From the IMG/VR virus record IMGVR_UViG_3300028610_001353, positions 5,540 to 69,539 of that record: a stretch of 64,000 nucleotides of DNA, one strand, 5' to 3'. The DNA is from a virus. Positions 29,729-37,131 of the stretch are shown piece after piece (positions within the stretch are counted from its first letter, which is position 1; the number at the start of each line of letters is the position of its first letter). The translations under genes were made by a program, and so were the position numbers. Under the pieces are notes generated by a model. The model saw nothing but the letters and a program-made list of their open reading frames with translations, was not told the origin of the DNA and ran no database searches.

Positions 29729-30620
29729 TAAGTGCTTGACTCGCCTCCGGGTTTTTGCTAGTCTCCCACTTATGGGGACGCCCGGTAACGGTCGTTTCCT
29801 GGAAACCTGCTTCCTGGGGCCAGATTTTGCCGGTCTTATCCCCGGGTTGCAGCCCGAATCGTTCGCGTCGGGGGCCGTTACTGGGCTCCCTAGGCGTTTC
29901 TTGGCCTAGCTCAAATCATTGGCATCCTCCGGGCCCTCGGCCTGTTGAGAGTTCGCGCGGCATCTCCGCGGCGAGGATCACTCGCAGTTACACGATAGCG
30001 CAACGTCGGGCGGCGCATCCATGCGAAATTCCACTTCGAGGTCAGCCTCAGCCGCTTCGGACACCAACTGGCTGATAGCCGCGTTATTGGTCTCAGCAAG
30101 GCAAACCGTAGCCCTGGTGATTCCACACTCCTTGCATTCCGCAACAAGAAAACCGGCCATGATCGACTCCTTTGAAAGGGGTGCAAGAAACAAGAAAAGC
30201 CCCGGCGCGCGGACAAATCGTCCGGAAACCGGGGCTGGAAATACTGGAAATACAAGTCCGGACGTCCATGTTCAGGCCTGGACGGTGTGGTGAGTAGCCG
30301 CAGCCTGTGTAGGAGCAGGCCCGGGCTTTTTTCCAGAGAACAAAACCACCCGAATCTGTCAAGACCCCATCGGGGGGTACGGGGTGGCGGTGAAAAATTC
30401 CCGACCGGGGGATAGCGAAAAGAAGACCGGCGGGTCAAGATAGAAACACGCATTGTGTTGGGCTGGACCTAACAAGATGCCAGGGCCCGGCCGACGTTCA
30501 CGCGTTTGCCGGGCTCGTCCTTTTTCCACGCGGCAACCGGTCAGTTTACGGCAAACCGCAATTCCATGTCTACCACCCGGGTAACGGAACCCCCCCGCGC
30601 GATAGTACCACCCAGAGGAA

Positions 30621-31073
30621 CTAGCCTAGCCGAATGACCTCGGCTTCGAGGCCCACTTCTGCTAGCCGGCCAGTGTTTATCCGATGGGCGACCTGGGTTG
30701 CACGGTGGCGATGAGGGGTGGTGATCACGGGCAAAGAATCGCCGTGCGAAGAGTGGACGACGACCCGCCAGATCGGCGGGGTATCCAGCGGCGTGGCATC
30801 CAGCCGGATCCGCTGGCCGTCGCGGGACGTGTTCACGAGCCAGGTCCAGCCAACTCGGTCGCGATGGACGCTCACATTCGACGTGCCGAGGTAGGCCTGG
30901 TGAGCATGCCCGAGCATCGCCTGCCTCGCCGCCTGTCGCTCGTGGTGGGCCACGCCGTCGATCAGGTCGGTGCCGATGACGTCCTCGCCAGCCCGCCAGG
31001 AGGTGCCCGCGGTGCGGTCGAGGATCCTCAGACTGTCGGGATCGACGATCAGGATCGTGGGGCGGGGCAACAC
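30621..31073 (-). CDS. Hypothetical protein, possibly PAS-like
   Basis: ILIVDPDSLRIL...EDVIGTDLIDGV.H.ER resembles a PAS fold; weak evidence. Confidence 0.4.
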   Translation of the reverse strand: MLPRPTILIVDPDSLRILDRTAGTSWRAGEDVIGTDLIDGVAHHERQAARQAMLGHAHQAYLGTSNVSVHRDRVGWTWLVNTSRDGQRIRLDATPLDTPPIWRVVVHSSHGDSLPVITTPHRHRATQVAHRINTGRLAEVGLEAEVIRLG

Positions 31074-31173
31074 GGCGACCTCCGCGGCTGCCCCTGGTCA
31101 GTATCGTCCCCCTGTCTACTGGTACTATACCTTATACGGAAGCTGGCTGATTGGGGTTTGCGCGGAAATGTCG

Positions 31174-31398
31174 CTACTTCTTCTTCCGCGCCGGCCGGAA
31201 CGTCACCTCCACCTCCCAGCCGATCGCGTTCATAAGATTCTCCAGCGTCTTCACAGTCGGCGAACTCTCGCCGCTCTCGACGCGCTGGAGCGTGGCCAGG
31301 CTGGTCCCGGTTTCCTTGTGGAGCGCGTACAGCGTCTTGAATCCGGCCTTCTTTCGTGCCGCCTGGATTTGTGCGGCGAGTTGGGGTTTGGTTGGCAT
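31174..31398 (-). CDS. XRE-family HTH regulator
   Basis: IQAARKKAG..TLYAL..ETGTSLATLQRVESGESSPTVKTLENL. Confidence 0.9.
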   Translation of the reverse strand: MPTKPQLAAQIQAARKKAGFKTLYALHKETGTSLATLQRVESGESSPTVKTLENLMNAIGWEVEVTFRPARKKK

Positions 31399-31428
31399 GG
31401 GGGTCCTTTCTTGTTTCGATTCCCGCGG

Positions 31429-31650
31429 CTAGCCTTGGATCACTCGTACAATCGCATCATGCTCCGGCATTTCTTCGGCGCGGTGTAGAATGGCAGTCTC
31501 GCACAGCCGGGCCGCAGCCGCGCGTTCATCGTCGCCTAGGCCGATGCGCTGTAGTTCTACTACGATGGCATCCGTCATGAGCGTGCCGTCAGTGTCTCGC
31601 AATTGGTCCATTTCGAGCTTGATTGCAGTCCAGTCGCCGTCGCTTACCAT
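31429..31650 (-). CDS. Small acidic hypothetical protein (early operon)
   Basis: ATG preceded by the repeated leader AAGGAGCGAAACG. Confidence 0.7.
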   Translation of the reverse strand: MVSDGDWTAIKLEMDQLRDTDGTLMTDAIVVELQRIGLGDDERAAAARLCETAILHRAEEMPEHDAIVRVIQG

Positions 31651-31688
31651 CGTTTCGCTCCTTGGGTTAGAGAAAGGAAATCCTGGGG

Positions 31689-31847
31689 CTAGTCGACTTG
31701 CTCCCAGTCTTCGGGATCTCCGCCATGGTCACCGGCCGCGAGCAACCGTGCACAGCCCTCGTCGAGGCACTCGTACTCAGCCTCTGCTCCCGTCTCGATG
31801 TGTCGGACGCGGTAAATTCCCATGCCCTCGTGTGTTGGTTCAGTCAT
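31689..31847 (-). CDS. Small acidic hypothetical protein (52 aa)
   Basis: Manual translation MTEPTHEGMGIYRVRHIETG...PEDWEQVD; has the repeated leader. Confidence 0.7.
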   Translation of the reverse strand: MTEPTHEGMGIYRVRHIETGAEAEYECLDEGCARLLAAGDHGGDPEDWEQVD

Positions 31848-31885
31848 CGTTTCGCTCCTTGGGTTAGTGAAAGGAACTCCTGGAG

Positions 31886-32140
31886 TCAGATCCGCACCAC
31901 AGTCAATTGCGCGACCGCATTGGCCCCTGGGTCGTCAATCGAGTCTTCTTCGCTGTCCCAAATCAATAGCCGCTCCATCGGGTCGCCGTCATCATTGGTC
32001 CCGTCGGCGTCCCATTGGTCGGCCGCGACAGCCTCCTCGCCGAATCGAGCCAACGCAGCCGCCTCGGCATCCGTGTCGTTGTCGGCCACGATTTCGCTGA
32101 TCCCACTGCCGTCTGCCATTTCCAATGCGTACTTACTCAT
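31886..32140 (-). CDS. Very acidic small protein (84 aa)
   Basis: MSKYALEMADG...WDSEEDSIDD; has the repeated leader. Confidence 0.7.
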   Translation of the reverse strand: MSKYALEMADGSGISEIVADNDTDAEAAALARFGEEAVAADQWDADGTNDDGDPMERLLIWDSEEDSIDDPGANAVAQLTVVRI

Positions 32141-32189
32141 CGTTTCGCTCCTGGTTAGAGTTGGGCCTTGCCTCATCAGCGGCGGGAGG

Positions 32190-32411
32190 CTAGACACGAC
32201 GTATCCGCTCTTCTGCGGTGTAAACACAGATTTGGCGAGGATAAGCCAGGCCTTCTCCCTTGAACCGTACTTCACACCACGCAACGTTACCGCGCACAGC
32301 ATGAATTTTCGTGATACGTGCCCTGCCTTCAAGTCGTTCTTCTGTGAGAGGGTCTTCGTAAACGTCAACCGTCTCACCCACTGCAAGCTGCTTTCCGTTC
32401 TTGCATAACAT
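32190..32411 (-). CDS. Small hypothetical protein (73 aa)
   Basis: Has the repeated leader; its stop codon abuts the distal hammerhead half. Confidence 0.7.
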   Translation of the reverse strand: MLCKNGKQLAVGETVDVYEDPLTEERLEGRARITKIHAVRGNVAWCEVRFKGEGLAYPRQICVYTAEERIRRV

Positions 32412-32435
32412 CGTTTCGCTCCTGGTTAAGGTTTC

Positions 32436-32495
32436 GGCCTGCCTTGTCAGCGGCGGGAGGCCAGTCCCGCCGGACGCCCCGGGGGGCGTTTCGGC
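32436..32495 (-). ncRNA. Type II hammerhead ribozyme fold with a G8-to-A variant core
   Basis: GCC-GAAAC-GCCC-CCCG-GGGC-GTC/-CGGCGGGA-CTGGCC-TCCCGCCG-CTGACAA-GGC-AGGCC. Stems I, II and III and a possible loop I/3' tail pseudoknot all pair. Confidence 0.8.
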
Positions 32496-32501
32496 TTTCG
32501 G

Positions 32502-32663
32502 TTAGGTGGTCCAATATGCGGCGGACAGAGCTAAAGCAACGTCCCACACGTATCCCTCACGCTCGAACTCCTTGGCATCGTCGATCATGTCGGCGAAGTA
32601 ACCGGACCGGCGACCGGCAGCCAAAAGGCGGGAGGTTGTGGTTTCGATCCAGTCGGGTTTCAT
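32502..32663 (-). CDS. Small hypothetical protein, first gene of the early operon
   Basis: MKPDWIETT...; leader variant AAAGGCGAAACG. Confidence 0.65.
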   Translation of the reverse strand: MKPDWIETTTSRLLAAGRRSGYFADMIDDAKEFEREGYVWDVALALSAAYWTT

Positions 32664-32705
32664 CGTTTCGCCTTTCGTTTGTGGTTGTTTCCTTGTCATA
32701 CCCTC

Positions 32706-32751
32706 ATTATATCCGTTTTCGGCAACACGTCAACCCTAATTCGGATATAAT
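32706..32751 (-). promoter_or_regulatory. Sigma70 promoter TTGACG-N16-TATAAT with overlapping inverted repeat ATTATATCCG...CGGATATAAT
   Basis: -35 at 32728-32733, -10 at 32706-32711; 10-bp inverted-repeat arms at 32706-32715 and 32742-32751. Confidence 0.75.
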
Positions 32752-32892
32752 TTGAGAGATTCCCCAAATAGGTCCGGTTTAGGGGGGTGGTTTGCCTAGT
32801 TTACCACGGGCGGGCGGGGAAATCTTGCAACGGACGGGCTTTCGGGGTAGGATGCTGGGAACAGGGCAGGAAGAGCGAGGGGAGATTAGGCC

Positions 32893-33222
32893 ATGACTCT
32901 CGAACATCGCGTCAAGCGTCTGGAACAACAGAACCGATTCTTCATAGCGGCTCTTCTCGGCCTGCTGCTCGTCGGTCTGAGTCTCGGCTTTCTGTTTATC
33001 GCCCATACTCGCGGAGAAAGCTGCGATGAGGATGGCCTAGTATGCCCACTTGATCAGCGCGCCGTCAGGGACGCGCTGATCAAGTTTGATAGGGGCTGTA
33101 CAGCAGCAGAGCGCTATCTGTACAGTGCCGGGATTGACCTGGAGTACTACGGCATACAATCCATGCGGGAGGATCTCCAAGGGCCTGGGGAGAAGGAACG
33201 AGGTGCAAGCCATGCCCGATGA
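32893..33222 (+). CDS. Membrane protein
   Basis: LEHRVKRLEQQNR followed by a TM helix; RBS ggag. Confidence 0.6.
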   Translation: MTLEHRVKRLEQQNRFFIAALLGLLLVGLSLGFLFIAHTRGESCDEDGLVCPLDQRAVRDALIKFDRGCTAAERYLYSAGIDLEYYGIQSMREDLQGPGEKERGASHAR

Positions 33223-33424
33223 CTACGAAGAACGACTCGCCGAAAACGTCGACGCCATCACGCTCCAGTGGCAACAGGTTCTGACTGAGATAGGTCAAAA
33301 GAGAGATGGCTATGGGATCACGATGTTGGTGGCCGGCTATGGTCTCGTGTTGTTCGGGATGCTGATCCTAGTTGGACTGGACTTGCTTGCAATCCTGTGC
33401 CAGATCCTGGCTGGCGGGTAGCCG

Positions 33425-33961
33425 TTACCCAAGTCTGATCTTGGCATCACGATTGGACGCACGATTCAGCCAGGGGAACGGCCGGTCTGGAGTCGGCGTT
33501 CCAAGGAATTCGCACAACGACTCCCACGCAAACGGCTGCGGAAATCCAAGCAACCTGTCGCCCGGAATCGCATCCCTCACGTTTTTGTGGTGACGTTCCC
33601 AAATTTCTCCGAGTCCACGGATGTCATCCGGATTGCAGCCGCCGTAGACCTTCTGTCGGTAATATCGGTCATAGAAATATCCGGATATCCAGAATCCGGG
33701 GATTCGTTTCAGACTCCTGGCCCAGCCGTCGAACAATCGGGTATTCAAGATGAATCGCGAACCGGGAAACATACGATCAAGCTCGCGCCAATGAGCCGTA
33801 ATCATCACATCGCCGGCCGCGTTATGCTCCTCTAGCTGTTCCCAATTTCGCGGATTGTGAATCGGGTTCCATCCCAGAATGCGAAGAGCTTCGCAGAGAC
33901 TGGCCGAACCGCAACGAGGAAATCCGATAATCCAGACGTGTGGTTTAGCGTTCATGGGCAT
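33425..33961 (-). CDS. Sulfotransferase-family protein (P-loop)
   Basis: IIGFPRCGSASL 5'-PSB motif, FPGSRFILNTR, WESLCEFLG.P.PDRPFPWLN. Confidence 0.85.
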   Translation of the reverse strand: MPMNAKPHVWIIGFPRCGSASLCEALRILGWNPIHNPRNWEQLEEHNAAGDVMITAHWRELDRMFPGSRFILNTRLFDGWARSLKRIPGFWISGYFYDRYYRQKVYGGCNPDDIRGLGEIWERHHKNVRDAIPGDRLLGFPQPFAWESLCEFLGTPTPDRPFPWLNRASNRDAKIRLG

Positions 33962-34183
33962 TCACATTCCCCATCATCGTGTTTTCCGGGCGGCACCGGT
34001 GCCGCGGCGGCCTCCCTGCCAAATGTCCGGAGCCGTTCCTGCCACGCCGGATTCGTATGACATTTCACACACAGCCCGTCGTGATCGGGGTGGCCAGGTA
34101 CAAACACCCCTACGTCATCGGACATAAAAGGCGCATGACAACAATTGCAAGTGCATTTATTGGGCATCGCGATCTCCTTTGGT

Positions 34184-34852
34184 TTAGCGGGCATTTTGCT
34201 TCTCCGCGAACGTGTGGCGTGCCGTCTCAAAGTCAGCCGGCGTGTCGATGTCGAGCGAATCGCCGCGCGACACGTACCAAGAGGGGCGCGCGCCAACATG
34301 GTAGCCGGTGCGCTCGATGGCATCGCGGGTGAGAATCGAGAGCGTGAAAGGAAACGTGTAGAGCGTCGGCAGATCTTGGCTTGGCGTATGCCACTCTCCC
34401 CACTGCCAACCGATTGGGTGCAATTGCTCGTCGAGCAAATACGCCTTGAGCGGATAAACGACACACAACGAATCGTACCCCACCGCTCTCGAAACGGGCC
34501 ATTTGTCAATGACAGTTTTGTGTTCGGCGAAAAGTGGATCGCAGACTTGCGACCAGATTAGATCATCATCGCCGGGCAGTTGGGCGCAAATCGTCCGTAT
34601 CCACGTCGTAAGCGGCACGTCGTTCGGACATAGCGCGGGGTCACGCAGAAGCGGCGTCACATTCCAGCATCGGGCGAGACGCTCCAGCCGTTCGGCGTCC
34701 TCGCAACTAACGTGAATGTCGGCCGCCGCGAGCCCCGCGCCAAGCAGCGCCTCGATGTTGAGGTCGACGAGTGACGATTGATTGTGAAACGGCCGCCAGT
34801 TCTTATCCGGCACCCGTGTGCTACTTGTTTTTGCGGGGATGATTGCTCGCAT
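34184..34852 (-). CDS. Acylneuraminate/nonulosonate cytidylyltransferase (NeuA-like)
   Basis: AIIPAKTSSTRVPDKN...Q.CDPL...SLDIDTPADF. Confidence 0.85.
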   Translation of the reverse strand: MRAIIPAKTSSTRVPDKNWRPFHNQSSLVDLNIEALLGAGLAAADIHVSCEDAERLERLARCWNVTPLLRDPALCPNDVPLTTWIRTICAQLPGDDDLIWSQVCDPLFAEHKTVIDKWPVSRAVGYDSLCVVYPLKAYLLDEQLHPIGWQWGEWHTPSQDLPTLYTFPFTLSILTRDAIERTGYHVGARPSWYVSRGDSLDIDTPADFETARHTFAEKQNAR

Positions 34853-35399
34853 GGTACCACTCGACTTTCGTTCGGTACAAGTTCCCGAGTAACGTGGCCA
34901 GCATTTTCTCAACTCGCGGATAGAGCGACATATCCGGAGGCAGCTTGGGCTTGCCCGCAAAGCCTGGGGCGTACCCCTTGCCTCCAACGCCGATTATCCG
35001 AATTCGTCTGTATCCGATCTTGGCCAACCAACTCATGGCCGCCGCGATCGTGTGGTGATGTGCAACGCCCCCGCTCATGAGTCGCTCGCGTAGCTTCCGG
35101 GGCCCGCACGAATTGCCGGCGTACCGCATTCGCTTATAAGTCGGAAAATCGGCGGGCAGTTCTTCCGGGCCGAGTAGTTTGGAGGGGGACACGAAGCAAT
35201 CGACCCGCCCCCACAGTGGCCGCATCTTTTTCACAAACCCGGCGTGGCAGAAGAACGCAAACCGGATGGGCTGATTTTTCCGCAACACAAGCCCGGCCTC
35301 GTTGATGATTGCAACATCCGAGCCGGGGCAGGCATCAATCCACTTCTGAGCGTGGACAGCCGTTGGGCCCTTGGCAACGATGGTTATGGTCCGGCTCAT
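34821..35399 (-). CDS. Maf/DUF115- or sialyltransferase-like Rossmann protein
   Basis: ITIVAKGPT..VAIIN...A..W....GYRRI.IIGV pattern; adjacent to the CMP-sugar synthetase. Confidence 0.5.
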   Translation of the reverse strand: MSRTITIVAKGPTAVHAQKWIDACPGSDVAIINEAGLVLRKNQPIRFAFFCHAGFVKKMRPLWGRVDCFVSPSKLLGPEELPADFPTYKRMRYAGNSCGPRKLRERLMSGGVAHHHTIAAAMSWLAKIGYRRIRIIGVGGKGYAPGFAGKPKLPPDMSLYPRVEKMLATLLGNLYRTKVEWYHASNHPRKNK

Positions 35400-35538
35400 G
35401 GAACTACCCAGCACATGCTAATGAATGCTGCAATTACCGCAATGACCCCAAATATGGCAGAAAGAGTGGCAAAGAGCAGTGTCAATGTTAATAGTGTCTC
35501 GGTTTTGAAGCTCATATAATTCTCCTTTGGTACATCAG

Positions 35539-37131
35539 TCATCGTTTCGCTTTTCCGAAACAACGCTTAGCTGAAGGGCACACGACAAGGCGTCCGGTCA
35601 ATTCGGCGATCCGCTCTGCTTGCTTGGGAGCACTTTCGATGTAGAACTTTGGCGCAATACGGTCGCGTTTGGAGAGAAATCGCTCAAGTGACTTTGCTTT
35701 CCATTCAGCTACATCGCTACGTCGACGATCTTGAATATCCTCCCAGGGGCCCATCACTAATTTCTTGGCACTGATTCCCCAACGATCCATCCAGGCCATC
35801 GTCTGCGGTCGATACTTCTCCAGCCGGGCAGTCACGATTAGACTGATCGCCTTCTTTCGGACCAGATACAACGGACGTGTTGCTTGCAAAAACTCCTCAT
35901 ATCTAGGTCCATCGTCATCATCCGCCGGAAGACAATCTTCGCATAGGATACCGTCGAAATCCAAAGCGAACGAATCGAGCAACACCGAATTGAAAAGATT
36001 CCATTCCAACAGATGAGGCCACGGCAGATCAACCGCCCACAAGTCCGGCTTGTTGACAGCGGCCGGATTGCAATACACGGATGCCCATATTTTCTCACCG
36101 GGCATGTCCTCTAACACTTGCTTCATGCGAAGCAGGCTGTTGCCCGTCATCGTTGTGTCGTCGATGACCAGTATTTTCCCTTGCTTCTTTGGTGCTCCTT
36201 GTTGCATCCTCCAACCATGTCCCGCCGGAACGAAATCGCCCAGACGGTTTCTGACGATTGTCATAGGAAGGTGCAGCATCATGGCAACCAACGATGCGGG
36301 AATCAATCCGGAACGAGCACTCCCGACAACCATCGTGACGTCGGGCGGCAATTTCGGAATTAGCGACAGTGTATCCGTTGTCAATTGGTCAGTGGTGATG
36401 AAGTCCGGCGTGCCGTTTGTCGGCTGAAAAGATCGAGCCCAATGCATTCCGGAAGGGAAGCCCTTGCGGTCGACAGTAACACTTCCACGCGCGCGCCTTT
36501 TACTTTTCTTCTTTCTGTGTCTCTTATTGTTAGGCGAATCTGCTTTGCGGATAGCCGCCTGGACTTTCCTTCGCACTCCTATCTTCAAGGCTATACCTTC
36601 AGTAAGAGAAGCACGGAGGAACTTACGAACCCATGGCCGATTTTCCTCCATCCACTCCTGAGCCCGTGGCAGAATTTCCTCGACAATCTCGTCCAGGTGC
36701 TCTTCGCAACCCTGTTTCCCCCAAGCATCCATCTTGGCGGCCAGTTCAAGACACTCCTCGCAATGAGGCGCACCCGCTCGCGAAAAGTCTTCCAGGAGTT
36801 TGCTTCCAGGCCCGTAGCCATTGAGCCGAGGTGTTCGCTGTGTTTGTTTTTTACCACCACCACAGCCAGTGCAGGGTTTCTCGCCGTTACTAGAGCGCCG
36901 TTGCGGTGTTGCTCCCGACTTGTGAATCGACCGCGACTTAACGGGAATCTGCCGAGGAGGCACCTCGTCTTCTTTCAGTGGTGGCAGTCTCCAACGTTGT
37001 CGGTACTCGTTTATCCGATCCAAAGTCAAATCTAGACGACGACCCTCGCAGATTTCACGAAGGGACGGGGTACCAGCAAATCGTTCACATCCTAACATCT
37101 CATCGTGACTTTCAGGGGATATGTTGCTCAT
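35539..37131 (-). CDS. Multidomain protein: Cys-containing N-terminus + phosphoribosyltransferase + HAD-like phosphatase
   Basis: VVGSARSGL and ILVIDDTTMTGNS (PRPP loop); FALDFDGILC, IVTAR, K, FYIES (HAD motifs). Confidence 0.8.
   Translation of the reverse strand: MSNISPESHDEMLGCERFAGTPSLREICEGRRLDLTLDRINEYRQRWRLPPLKEDEVPPRQIPVKSRSIHKSGATPQRRSSNGEKPCTGCGGGKKQTQRTPRLNGYGPGSKLLEDFSRAGAPHCEECLELAAKMDAWGKQGCEEHLDEIVEEILPRAQEWMEENRPWVRKFLRASLTEGIALKIGVRRKVQAAIRKADSPNNKRHRKKKSKRRARGSVTVDRKGFPSGMHWARSFQPTNGTPDFITTDQLTTDTLSLIPKLPPDVTMVVGSARSGLIPASLVAMMLHLPMTIVRNRLGDFVPAGHGWRMQQGAPKKQGKILVIDDTTMTGNSLLRMKQVLEDMPGEKIWASVYCNPAAVNKPDLWAVDLPWPHLLEWNLFNSVLLDSFALDFDGILCEDCLPADDDDGPRYEEFLQATRPLYLVRKKAISLIVTARLEKYRPQTMAWMDRWGISAKKLVMGPWEDIQDRRRSDVAEWKAKSLERFLSKRDRIAPKFYIESAPKQAERIAELTGRLVVCPSAKRCFGKAKR

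Noticed and set aside
31648-32671. Repeats resembling a CRISPR array or integron attC sites
   Set aside because: Spacing is 200-290 bp, each unit is an RBS+ATG leader before an ORF, and there is no attC palindrome, cas gene or intI.
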